NCBI RefSeq assembly: GCF_000143415.4
Contig: NW_003314322.1
Location: forward strand, 373,430 to 437,429
Length of the DNA: 64,000 nt
Origin: Selaginella moellendorffii
Taxonomy: Eukaryota > Plantae > Lycopodiophyta
Reading direction: 5' to 3'
Below, in pieces: positions 40,164 to 52,600 of the stretch (the stretch's first letter is position 1; every line of letters starts with the position of its first letter). The notes beneath the pieces were generated by a model, which was given only the letters and a program-made list of their open reading frames with translations, was not told the origin of the DNA and did not search any database. The position numbers and the translations under genes were made by a program.

Positions 40164-41804
40164 TGTGGGATGGATAGTGGTGAAGCACTAAACCATTTTG
40201 TCTAGACTTACTATTGGAAGACTTGGGTTGCAATGCTCAATTCTTTTCCGAGGAACCTTGCTATTACTCTTTGAGTAGCTTGGTATTGGATTAGTTTTGA
40301 GTTTGGTCGGAAAGAGAGTGGCATGAGCTTGTCCATGTTATGAACAAAAGTTAGTGATGTTTGGTGTTGTACGTCTATATCGGTGGAGTGTGGCATTTAT
40401 GTTGCATTTTGTCAAATTGAGTTGGCACCTGATATTTACGTAAACTTTTGAAGTAATGATATGGGCATTGCTCGTGGTGTTGCTCAATTGATGATCAAGT
40501 CATTGTGATTTCCATATCATATCCATGTGATAACCAATAATGTGTTTACGAAGTTGCTTCGTTAGACAATGATCAACCCCAAAGTGGTTGATGGTGAAGC
40601 TAGTCTACTTGCATGTAGTAGCATTGTAGTAGCTTTGACCGGATTCTCAATGGTGGTCCAATTATGCTAAGCTTATGTTGGTACCTTATTTCCTTGAGTT
40701 TGCCCACTAAGGTGTTGGAAAAGGGTTGTAGCATTCACTTGCTATGGCTTGTCGGTTGATCCGTTAACACTTGGAGTAAGTTATTGGATGGAGAAGATGT
40801 ATAGTGGAGGCATTGACATCACTAGCACTTGTGTTAGTGGAAGTGATATTGTTAATTTTGAGTTATGAGGAATTTTTCTTTAGAGCTTGGTTTTCCATAT
40901 CATTTTTTTTGTTAATGTTTTGGCTTCACATTAGATCTTGAAGGTGGTTGAAAAAGAGTGTTAGTGCAATGTGGATATTCAAAGATATGGTCTTTGTGAT
41001 TATGCCTTGGATGTTCATTTTGCATTTTATGAATATCAGTGTTGGATGTCGAAAAATGGGCAAAGATGTTCGATGCTTAAGCATGCTATTGGGTCTTGAG
41101 AATTTGTGTTGAGGTGAAACTATGTGAAGTTGTTAGTAAAAGAAATTTGGATGAGTCTTGAACGTTTGATTCCTGGACTGAGAGTCATTCTTTCTCTAGG
41201 ATGGAAATTTTTCACAAATTTTCTTAGACCTCTTCAATGGCTGATTTGTTGATCACTTTGCCTGAAAACCATTCTGTTTTCGTAAGTCGATACAAACTAG
41301 TAAAAGGGTTGGAATTAACTTTGGTTAGTTTAGACCTTAGTAGATAGTTTATATGATATGGCCCGAAAGGGACATTGACTTTTGGGGCTAAGGCAATTGG
41401 GTTGGATAGAGTCTGGAGTTGGTATAGAAAAGTGGCTGTTGCACTTTTCTAAGAAAGGTGACCCTTGTGCTTTTCTTTTGTAGCATTGTGCTTGGTGGTA
41501 GATTGCACTTTACATTTCATTAAACTCTATGAGAGTAGTGAGCTCTCACTGATCTTGACTTAGTCTTGGTAGTGTGAGACACAAAATCCCTAGGCCCCAA
41601 AGTGGAGCCGGAAGGGCGCCACGTGGTAGTGGCCGAAGCGAGAGCCGAACGAGCGTAACACGTTTGGACCAAAAGCTCCGACTTGAAAAGTCAAGAGCGG
41701 GAGTGGAACTCCCAACGAAGTGCTCAAGGAACGAGCACGAAGCGAGTAAAAAGCGAGGCTCCAAAAAGGGACCCAAAAGGACCAACACATGACACGTGGA
41801 AGTG

Positions 41805-42390
41805 TCCGAGATGGACCCGAGATGGAGTCCGATATGGAGTCCGAGACGGAGTCCGAGACGGAGTCCGAGACGGAGTCCGAGATGGAGTCCGAGACGGAGT
41901 CCGAGATGGAGTCCGAGACGGAGTCCGATATGGAGTCCGATATGGAGTCCGAGACGGAGTCCGATATGGAGTCCGAGATGGAGTCCGAGGTGGACCCGAG
42001 ATGGACCCGAAATGGAGTCCGAGATGGAGTCCGAGATGGAGTCCGAGATGGACCCGAGATGGAGTCCGAGATGGAGTCCGAGATGGACCCGAGATGGAGT
42101 CCGAGATGGACCCGAGATGGAGTCCGAGATGGAGTCCGAGATGGAGTCCGAGATGGAGTCCGAGATGGACCCGAGATGGAGTCCGAGATGGAGTCCGAGA
42201 TGGAGTCCGAGATGGACCCGAGATGGAGTCCGAGATGGACCCGAGATGGAGTCCGAGATGGAGTCCGAGATGGAGTCCGAGATGGAGTCCGAGATGGACC
42301 CGAGATGGAGTCCGCGATGGAACCGGGACTGAGATCAAGTCCGAGGCCGAATCCGAAGTCGGATCCGAAATCGGATCCGAGATCGAGCCA
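41805..42390 (+). repeat. 12/11-bp tandem array (GATGGAGTCCGA / GATGGACCCGA) in LTR1
   Basis: Direct reading; degenerates at the 3' end. Confidence 0.97.
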
Positions 42391-42419
42391 GAGACTAAGT
42401 CCAAATACTAATACGGGTC

Positions 42420-42495
42420 AAGGGGTGAAAGCCCAAAGCGTGCGTCTCCCAGGGGGGGGGGGCTGCGGGGGGTTCCAAAAGTATAGTAGGGAGAG
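42420..42495 (+). promoter_or_regulatory. Conserved LTR core (GGGGTGAAAGCCCAAAGC..G-run..TGCGGGGGGTTCCAAAAGTATAGTAGGGA); candidate promoter or relic PPT-att junction
   Basis: Recurs at 4826-4870, 14395-14470, 15900-15957(-), 20500-20585(-), 38835-38910, 48355-48430, 60917-60995; variants at 28615-28690(-) and 60230-60305(-). Function is inferred. Confidence 0.55.
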
Positions 42496-45400
42496 TGTGG
42501 GGGTTGGAGCCCAGTTGGAGCCAGTTGGGCCAGGAAGGGCCAGTTTGGCCCAGGAAGGGCCAGTTTGGTCCAGGAAGGCCAGACCCAGTGTTGGGTGATG
42601 AGCTGACCACTGGGAAGTCCAAGACTAGAGTGAACACGGACCGACAAGCGGGGTAGCTTGGTGAAGTGTTCAAGAGCCGGCTCTAGTTCCCCCGGGAGAT
42701 CGACTGGCCGATGCTCCCAGTCCAAGTGTGGGTGGCACTACCTACTTGGATACCAGGCGTGGCTCAACGGAACCTCGCTCTAAGCCCATGGCTAGAGCAC
42801 CCAAGGGCAGAAGGCGAGGAGAGTACCCAGGTGGCTCGCGTAAGGCCACGGTGTTCCGAAATGTTGCCCCAAAGGCCCAGACTGTGGAAAGGAAGAGGAG
42901 CAGTCCTCTGGGGTAGTGACCAAGGACACAGTCGTGTGGTGAGGAAGTCCCAGAGGACCGTGGGACTTAGTGGTCGGGCCTGTGGGTCTCGATCCAGTGG
43001 CAGTGTTGGCAAACACGGCCAGGGGCAGAAAGGGACTTAGTGGGGACTGACAGAGGGATATTGGGGAAGGCTATTCCCCTTGTCGGTGGGCATCCTAAGG
43101 ATGCTAAGGAGTGGATCTGAGATGACCACTCACGGATGGTTTGCCTAGTCTTGGAGAGCCAAGACGGTGATGCCAGTGGTATTGGACTACCAGTGTGGCA
43201 AAGGTGATTGGGCATGGCCTTAGCGTAACGGGCTGCGATGTCGGTGGTACCTTTGAGTGTCGGTCATGGGATCGGACACGTGGAGCACTTGGACCAAGTG
43301 CAAATGTTGAGTGGCATGGATGCCATTCTCGGGGCTAGCAAGTCCCAAGTCCTGGATTGGACTTATGGAGGTTGTGAATGAGACTCCTCCAAGTGGTCGG
43401 AGGTGTGGTTAAGTGACTAAAGTAGAATGGAAAATTTAGTCGCTTACAATTTGGTATCGGAGCTGTTCCTTAGTCCGACTTTTATTGGTGCTCAAGTATA
43501 TCACCACTGGTGTTGGCAGCGGAAGGTCCGAGAAGAGGGCCTATCCTTGAGGAGTAGCAGGTCGGGAAGACATGGCTCTCCACTACAGTTCATGTGTGAA
43601 CTTGTAGACAAGGTGGTGGATGGAAAAGGGGCCAATAACGGAACGACTTTGGGATCTTGGGAACACTGCAAGGTTTTCCTCATTGAGTTGAGGAGGTGAT
43701 CCAGATGAGCGTTTGACTCAGCAAACGGGCCAATTTAGTTGTAGTAAACAACTAAAGTTGGGATCACAGGAAAGATAAAGACTCCAAAGCAATAAGGGAG
43801 TCACAAGATTATCCTCATATAGTTGAGGTTGGTGCTCATGAATGTGAGACCAGAAGTAATGACCGTGGGAGGTCAAATACGGAAGAGGACTCAAGTCCTT
43901 GAAATGGTAGCCGGGGCTACCTGTAATAAATGCTGGAACAACCCAAGGAGTTGGGGGGTGTACTTAGAGATGAGTTGGTATTCTCATCACATGGACAAGT
44001 AGTTCTAAGGGGCAGAGGTTGCCCCAGAGAACAAAAACAAGTGTCAGAGTAACACTTGTGAAAATAGTCCTTCTGAGTAGGATAGGAATGCAGGAAGTGT
44101 ATTCCAGTGAGCTAGTGCCTCACAAGTGGGACCTTACGGGTCTGTGGATGTACCAAGTCCAAAATTGCTGGATGACTCAAGTAGAGTCAAGAAAAGGTCC
44201 TAAAAGGACTGATTGGAGCATTTGGACTGAGGTGTGTAGTACCCCATGAAGGATGGGGGAGGGGATCATAGGATCCAAGGATGAGAACAGAGGGTATCTC
44301 ATCGATGGCAAAATGTGCCATGCTAAAAGTTATGGGAAAGGTGTTCCCAGAAGGAAACAACTTTGACACAAAGTTGTGTGTGACCTCTATGGTGCAGTGC
44401 TAACGAATGGTTGGCCTGAGAAAGAGCGGTGTTGGTCTTGGCAAAAGACTTAAACACGAAGGGGAAGTGTCATAGAGGTAGGCTCGTGGAGCCGATGGTG
44501 TGGAGACACCAAATGTGCCAAGGGGTGGTACTATGAGGCTATGTTGGTGGGTTCATGAGAACCCCTTGCCAAAGGAATCCCAATGGGAATGGGAATGGCA
44601 TAGCCTAAGCTGCAGAGCATGCAGTTGGAGTGTGGTGACCCAGATAATGATGGAGGTGTGAAAGCACCAAGCAATGAGTTGTAGGACTTGACAACTATGA
44701 GGCAACTAAGCAAGAGGTGCAAAATAACTGGTTAAACGGGTAGAAGGTAGCTACCCAAGACTTCTAGCATAGGGAAGTCGGATATACCCTTACGGGGGAT
44801 AAGTTGCTTATGTTGCGATATAGTAAGTCAATGTCATAAAAGGAAATACTCATTGTCAAGAAAACCATCATTGGGACACCCGAACACTCTAGAACACCAG
44901 AAGGTGGTGTTTGATGTCGCGAGGGCAATGGATAAAGCCCAAGGGACTAAGTCCCTAGCGAATGATGGATAGAAGGTGCTATCCAAATGTCCAAGGTTGC
45001 GGAGACAGGAGAGGACTGTCTACCCGAGTTGGACAAAGCCAAAAATGGGATTTTGGCAAGGCTAGTGATGGGCATGTAAAGGCCCATAAGCAACAATGTA
45101 ATCCCAGTGTGTGGGATTATAAGGTGAGCATACCCGGATTGAGGAACCACCCCCTAGGCTATTGGGTAGGTTCATCCCTAAGAATACTTGCTAAGGCATG
45201 ATAGAAAGTGCAAAGCTATCCTCCTGGTTTGGAGGAGAATGACCAAAGGAAAGGTGTGAAGCCAAAAGCAAGAAGTAAGGGGATGGAACTGAACCATAGA
45301 AATCGAAGGGCATAACCAAGGTTGGTTATGCCAGCTGGGAGTGGAGAATCAAGTGGGGGCTCGAGGGTGTTGCCGCTAGCAACTGTGATGCCATGGAGAG

Positions 45401-45991
45401 TCTAAGTTATGGAATTGTCCATGTTAGACTATGTGGCATTTGGAAGGCTTGCAAAAAGGGAGGCCTTAGCAAGCTGAGGGACAGAGTTCCTTCAAGGTTC
45501 CCAAAGACGATTCTAGGTAGCTTAGTACCTAGAAAGGCCAAGTGTAAATGGTTCATGGAACGCGCGAAATCAGAGTGGCGCAGCAGAAGCGTGGTCTTGA
45601 AGCTTGCCATGAGGCAAGGCTATCAAGGTTGGGGAAGTAATTCCCGAGTGTTCAAAGAGAGGGCTTTGAACGAAAGTCGATGGTCAAGGACTTTCACGCT
45701 TATGCAGGAACCATGTTACAGTGGTCGGAGGACTTGCCAAGCGAGATTGGCACGTCGGGGGAACAAATACCCTAGTTGAAGGTGATAACTTCAAAAAGGG
45801 TGGGCCATGGGGCCGAGCATGGAGGAGTCCATGCATGATCACAGACATGTCAAGTGAGAGGACTTGGCAGTGTGGAGGAACTAGGTTCCTAAGCTGTGAT
45901 CTGTAGCGCGCTTTAAAAATAAGTTGGTGCACCGGCGTGGGGAGTCACGCCAGGCATCTTGTGTGATGCCGTCCGTAGATGCATATACGGA

Positions 45992-46040
45992 GGTTGGGTT
46001 CGAGTCCCGACCCTCTAGTGCATGGGTTCGAGTCCCAAAT
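45992..46040 (+). promoter_or_regulatory. Two tandem tRNA T-arm-like hairpins matching the Pol III B-box (GGTTCGAGTCC)
   Basis: ggttggg-TTCGAGT-cccgacc and tggg-TTCGAGT-ccca; homologous pair at 16124-16180(-). Confidence 0.5.
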
Positions 46041-47739
46041 CACTAGGGCGTGGTGATGGTTTGGAATATGGGGACACTCATATTTCGGTGGTCATGGACT
46101 CTCAGTGGGGAGACTGGTTTGGGCACACCGCCAAGCGAGGGATGCCTCGGAGTCGTGATGCACGGTTAGATTGCTTAGTGTGGCTCAGCATATCTAACAT
46201 GAACACTTTGGTGCCAGTGGCACCAAGGACGTGGTGAATGAGATGGGGACACCCAGTCTCAGTTGCTATGGACCCTTAGCCGGAAGGGCTAGCTTGGGCG
46301 CACCGCCAAGTGTGGGGGATGCCCCGGGGTCGTAGTTAACAAGTTAAAGGTCTGGAAGACCTAGTACCTATTGGCAAACCTGTTAAGGTGCCGAGGGGAG
46401 ATCACTAGGTGATCTTGGGGCTAAATAAGGACGCGGTCCTTGTTTGGGCTAAGGAATAAGGTTCCTAGTTCAAAGTGTTGATTTGAACTATTGATGATGG
46501 TGTGGCTTGGTCAAGGTGACCAAGTGGGTAAAGCACCTTAGGGAAATGAGCTATGTCATTGCGATGGCATAGTGTGTCCAAGGAAAGTAGTCTCTAAAGA
46601 GACCCATGGGAGGGTCACAAAGTTGGGCCGTGGATAAAGCCCACAGCAGAAGATGCTAAAGAGACTTACTAGGGGTGAACACCCTAGTATTAGCAAAGCA
46701 GAGCCTTTGCTATGGAATCAAAAGAATACCTCAAGGAGGGAGGTAAAGATTCGGTGTTGCTTGGTGCAACAATCAACGGATAGGAGCAAAAGACGAGTGG
46801 CCAAGATAGGGCCGTGGAATCCCTTGGAAGGAATCCAAGTGGCAAAGTTAGGCGAGGAACACTAATGTGTTGGACGCTAACAAATTGCGGGAAAGGAAGT
46901 GTGTTTCCAAGGATGGATTCCGAATTGCTCCGATTTGGCGAAAGTGGAAGCTCCAAGGGAGGGAGCGGTAAGGTAGCCAAATGATAGGGCCATGGACACC
47001 CCTAGCACAAAGTATGATAAATGGAACTTAGTGCCCAAGGTGGCACGAAATAGAAGAGAGGATGATGGTGCCCTCAAGTAAAGAACTTCCTAAGATGGGG
47101 AAGTGGAGTTGCACAATCTGTGCAATCCAAGGTGTTGGAGACACCTAGGAAATTGACTTCCAAAAGTCAAAAGAGTAAAAGTTCCAAGGTGCAAACGTTC
47201 AATAGAGGGAAATTGAGACTACTCGAGAAGGAGTAGTGGGATTTACTTAGAGAAGGGTCTCTAAGAGGTTTAGCAAGAACTAAATCAATAAAAAGAGAGA
47301 ACCACTGCATGTGGTCTAATCAGTCTCTAAGGTGGAGAGACTATCCTCCTTAGAGGATGGAGAAGGCGTGGTGAGCCTTCAATGTCAAACCATTGACGAA
47401 TATTGGCTAGGTGCCAAGGATGGAAATGGTAACACATGCGGGTGTTACTTTATAAAATGGTTTACCGTTCGATGAGGACATCGAACTTCGTCTATGGGTG
47501 GTGGAGTTGTGAGACACAAAATCCCTAGGCCCCAAAGTGGAGCCGGAAGGGCGCCACGTGGTAGTGGCCGAAGCGAGAGCCGAACGAGCGTAACACGTTT
47601 GGACCAAAAGCTCCGACTTGAAAAGTCAAGAGCGGGAGTGGAACTCCCAACGAAGTGCTCAAGGAACGAGCACGAAGCGAGTAAAAAGCGAGGCTCCAAA
47701 AAGGGACCCAAAAGGACCAACACATGACACGTGGAAGTG

Positions 47740-48325
47740 TCCGAGATGGACCCGAGATGGAGTCCGATATGGAGTCCGAGACGGAGTCCGAGACGGAGTC
47801 CGAGATGGAGTCCGAGACGGAGTCCGAGATGGAGTCCGAGACGGAGTCCGATATGGAGTCCGATATGGAGTCCGAGACGGAGTCCGATATGGAGTCCGAG
47901 ATGGAGTCCGAGGTGGACCCGAGATGGACCCGAAATGGAGTCCGAGATGGAGTCCGAGATGGAGTCCGAGATGGAGTCCGAGATGGACCCGAGATGGAGT
48001 CCGAGATGGAGTCCGAGATGGACCCGAGATGGAGTCCGAGATGGACCCGAGATGGAGTCCGAGATGGAGTCCGAGATGGAGTCCGAGATGGAGTCCGAGA
48101 TGGACCCGAGATGGAGTCCGAGATGGAGTCCGAGATGGAGTCCGAGATGGACCCGAGATGGAGTCCGAGATGGACCCGAGATGGAGTCCGAGATGGAGTC
48201 CGAGATGGAGTCCGAGATGGAGTCCGAGATGGACCCGAGATGGAGTCCGCGATGGAACCGGGACTGAGATCAAGTCCGAGGCCGAATCCGAAGTCGGATC
48301 CGAAATCGGATCCGAGATCGAGCCA
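47740..48325 (+). repeat. 12/11-bp tandem array in LTR2
   Basis: Direct reading. Confidence 0.97.
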
Positions 48326-49383
48326 GAGACTAAGTCCAAATACTAATACGGGTCAAGGGGTGAAAGCCCAAAGCGTGCGTCTCCCAGGGGGGGGGGGCTG
48401 CGGGGGGTTCCAAAAGTATAGTAGGGAGAGTGTGGGGGTTGGAGCCCAGTTGGAGCCAGTTGGGCCAGGAAGGGCCAGTTTGGCCCAGGAAGGGCCAGTT
48501 TGGTCCAGGAAGGCCAGACCCAGTGTTGGGTGATGAGCTGACCACTGGGAAGTCCAACACTAGAGTGAACACGGACCGACAAGCGGGGTAGCTTGGTGAA
48601 GTGTTCAAGAGCCGGCTCTAGTTCCCCCGGGAGATCGACTGGCCGATGCTCCCAGTCCAAGTGTGGGTGGCACTACCTACTTGGATACCAGGCGTGGCTC
48701 AACGGAACCTCGCTCTAAGCCCATGGCTAGAGCACCCAAGGGCAGAAGGCGAGGAGAGTACCCAGGTGGCTCGCGTAAGGCCACGGTGTTCCGAAATGTT
48801 GCCCCAAAGGCCCAGACTGTGGAAAGGAAGAGGAGCAGTCCTCTGGGGTAGTGACCAAGGACACAGTCGTGTGGTGAGGAAGTCCCAGAGGACCGTGGGA
48901 CTTAGTGGTCGGGCCTGTGGGTCTCGATCCAGTGGCAGTGTTGGCAAACACGGCCAGGGGCAGAAAGGGACTTAGTGGGGACTGACAGAGGGATATTGGG
49001 GAAGGCTATTCCCCTTGTCGGTGGGCATCCTAAGGATGCTAAGGAGTGGATCTGAGATGACCACTCACGGATGGTTTGCCTAGTCTTGGAGAGCCAAGAC
49101 GGTGATGCCAGTGGTATTGGACTACCAGTGTGGCAAAGGTGATTGGGCATGGCCTTAGCGTAACGGGCTGCGATGTCGGTGGTACCTTTGAGTGTCGGTC
49201 ATGGGATCGGACACGTGGAGCACTTGGACCAAGTGCAAATGTTGAGTGGCATGGATGCCATTCTCGGGGCTAGCAAGTCCCAAGTCCTGGATTGGACTTA
49301 TGGAGGTTGTGAATGAGACTCCTCCAAGTGGTCGGAGGTGTGGTTAAGTGACTAAAGTAGAATGGAAAATTTAGTCGCTTACA

Positions 49384-49684
49384 ATTTGGTATCGGAGCTG
49401 TTCCTTAGTCCGACTTTTATTGGTGCTCAAGTATATCACCACTGGTGTTGGCAGCGGAAGGTCCGAGAAGAGGGCCTATCCTTGAGGAGTAGCAGGTCGG
49501 GAAGACATGGCTCTCCACTACAGTTCATGTGTGAACTTGTAGACAAGGTGGTGGATGGAAAAGGGGCCAATAACGGAACGACTTTGGGATCTTGGGAACA
49601 CTGCAAGGTTTTCCTCATTGAGTTGAGGAGGTGATCCAGATGAGCGTTTGACTCAGCAAACGGGCCAATTTAGTTGTAGTAAAC
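49384..49684 (+). mobile_element. Second PBS and start of a second family A internal domain (tandem unit, truncated)
   Basis: Apparently identical to 43449-43749. Confidence 0.95.
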
Positions 49685-52600
49685 TTAGTGGGATGAGCGG
49701 GCCCTGATTGACCAATTTCGTTTCGGCCTCAACAACGGTGTCAAGGATTTGTTGCTCACCATGCAGGATCCCAAGGACCTGTTGGACGCCATCAACAAAG
49801 CTGTTCGATGTGACAATTGTCTCTTTCAACGTCATCAGGAAAGTCGACGCACCGCTGTTTTTCTGTCCCAGACTCAGGAATCCCAGCTTGAGTCTTCGGG
49901 GCATACTCCTGAACCTACTGCTCCGGTCCCGATGGATATTTTTGGTATTCCCCGACTCATTAGAGGGAAGTTGAGTCCTGCTGAGAAGCAACGTCGAATA
50001 TCTCATAATCTTTGCCTCTACTGTGCTGATCCTAATCACAAAGCAGCTGTGTGTCCCAAGAAGCCTCCCCGACTGCTCGAGTTCACTCTGCCTCAAAGTC
50101 CACCTTTGTTGCAGTTGGGAAACGACCCTGTCCAAACAGAGTAGGAGCTGTCTGTTTGAACTCCCCGAATAAAAATCACTTTTCTTATCAAGCTCCTCAC
50201 CACCTTTCATCAAAGCCACCACCAATTCCCGCAACTTTCACGTCCCATGTCTCCTTTCTTTCACCGGACAATCAGGACTTAAGGCTTTGGCGCTACTAGA
50301 CTCGGGTGCAACTTCCTACTTCATGGACACGGACTTTGCTGCCCGACATCACGTTCCTCTTTCTCCTACCATACAGGATCTGAGGGTTGAAGGCATCGGC
50401 AGGCATTTTGTGTCTCCATCTTCTGGACTTAGGGAAACGTTGCCCGTTCGAGTACACATCGAGTCCACTGTCACCGATATTGCCTTCAACATCATCAACA
50501 GCAAATCCTCCTCTGTGGTGCTCGGTCTTCCTTGGTTCCAACTACATCAGCCTCAAATTTGTTGGAAGGAATTACAGCTCATCTTTCCCACATCACCATC
50601 TCCCACGGCTTCCCCTACTGTTCATCGAGTCCGAATCAGGAAAAGTTCCCTAAACTCAAATCGGGGTTCTATTCCTGACTCTACGAAGTTTTCACCCTCT
50701 TCTTTTTCCTCTCTTCCATACACTTGACAGTATCCTCGTCTCATCATTCCATTTAGTCATACACCTCCTCCTATCTCCACAATCACTATGAAAGAACTCT
50801 TTCATGAAGAACCTATTTTCCTTTTTGCTTTGCATGTTTTTCCTGTCAGTTTTCTTGAGAAGTATCATGATTTTGGGGATGTGTTTGACAAGAAAAAAGC
50901 TAGTGTACTGCCTGCTCATCGGCCTTATGACTGTCCCATTGATTTATAGGAAGGAGCGTCACCTCCGTGGGGGCCTATCTACGGGTTATCCCCGTCCGAG
51001 CTTAAGGCCCTCAAAGAGTACATGGATGAGAACCTTGCCTCGGGGTACATTTAGCATTTGCAGTCCCCGGCTAGAGCACCTGTCTTCTTTGTCAAGAAGA
51101 AGGATGGGAGTTTGTGGCTAGTCATCGATTACCGAGGTTTGAACAAAGTGACTATTTGGAACCGTTATCCGTTGCCCCTGATCTCGGACCTGTTGGAACG
51201 CCTCGGCGGTGCCCGCTTCTTCACCAAGATTGACCTTCGTGGCGCATACAACCTGATCCGGATCCGGCCTGGTGATGAATGGAAGACTGCGTTCCAAACC
51301 CGTTATGGCCACTTCGAGTACACTGTCATGCCATTTGGCTTGACAAATGCTCTAGCAATTTTCCAACACATGGCGAATGACATCTTTCGGGAGTTTCTTA
51401 ATCAGATGGTGATCGTCTACCTCGATGACATCCTCATCTACTCAAGAACTCAGGAGGAGCACGACGAACATGTACGCAAGGTGCTGGCGAAGCTGCGAGA
51501 ATACGGCCTATACATGAAGCTTGAGAAATGTTCTTTCGATCAGCAGTCTGTGGAGTTCCTTGGGTACATTGTCACTCCTAAGGGTATCATGATGGATCCA
51601 GCCAAAGTCAAGACTATTCTCGAGTGGGAGCCTCCACAATCAATGTCGGACGTTCAGGTTTTCCTTGGCTTCGCCAACTTCTACCGCAAATTCATTGATC
51701 ACTACTCTGACATTGTCCTTCCTCTCACGCATCTCACTCGCAAGGATGTTCCCTTCTCTTGGTCTGCTGCTGCCTAGCACGCCTTCGACACACTCAAGGC
51801 AGCCTTCAGTTCTGCTCCCGTTTTGATCCATGCTAATTCCTCACAACCTTTCTTCATCGAGGCTGACGCCTCCAACTTTGCCATCGGTGCTATGCTGTCT
51901 CAACTCGGAGCGGATCAAGAACTTCATCTGGTTGCTTTCCATTCTCGGAAATTCCAGCCTGCGGAGATCAATTACGAAATCCACGACAAGGAGCTCCTTA
52001 CCATCGTGGATTCCTTTGGAGAGTGGCGCCATTTCTTGGAGGGGGTGGGCCATCAAACAACAGTCTGGACGGATCACAAAAATCTCGAGTACTTTACCAC
52101 TTCCCGAGTTTTAAGCTGTCGTCAAGCAAGGTGGGCACAATTCCTAAGTCAGTTTGACTTTGTTATCCAGTACAGACTTGGAAAGCTTCAAGGCCTTCCT
52201 GATGCTCTTTCAAGGCGCTCCTATCTCAGTCTCAGACCTAGTAATCCTGCCTTCGATCAACAAGATCAAGTTATCCTCGGTCCTGATCGGCTTCAAGTTA
52301 TGGCAATTTCCTTGGCCCCTCAGGACTCCTCCTTGATGGATGCCATCAGAAATGATCTTCAATCCGATGATCTCGCCAGCGACATTTTCCCCCATCTTCA
52401 GGCTGGACACCCTGTGAATCCCGACTGCCGACGATTTGACAAGTTTGAGTTCTTAGATGGCTTATTATACCGTGGGGAGCAGCTTTACGTTCCTGAAGGT
52501 GATGCTCGAAGGTTGGTCCTAATGGCGTGCCACGATAGCCCCACTGCTGGTCACTTCGGCATTGCGAAAACCTATGAGCTAGTTGCACGGGACTTTTGGT

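Larger units (their letters stand above)
41573..49383 (+). mobile_element. Young family A LARD-like element: LTR1 41573-43448, PBS 43452-43463, 4.06-kb non-coding internal domain, PPT 47494-47507, LTR2 47508-49383
   Basis: TGTGAGAC...CGCTTACA LTRs of 1876 bp, nearly identical at offset 5935; TGGTATCGGAGC; no internal ORF over 128 aa and no gag/pol motifs seen. Confidence 0.93.

Noticed and set aside
41805-42390. CRISPR-like array
   Set aside because: Contiguous 11-12-bp units with no unique spacers, no cas genes and a eukaryotic LTR context
41683-42598. Long ORFs (RDGV/SPRW/ESEM repeats), also at 47618-48533
   Set aside because: Open in several frames on both strands only because the repeat unit lacks stop codons; they lie inside LTRs
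45960-46040. tRNA gene or SINE
   Set aside because: Only T-arm/B-box hairpins; no D-arm/A-box, anticodon arm, acceptor stem or tail recognisable
43449-47507. Hidden antisense or env-like gene in the family A internal domain
   Set aside because: Only short ORFs (128 aa or less) with no recognisable motif; similar short frames in the old copy follow from nucleotide homology alone
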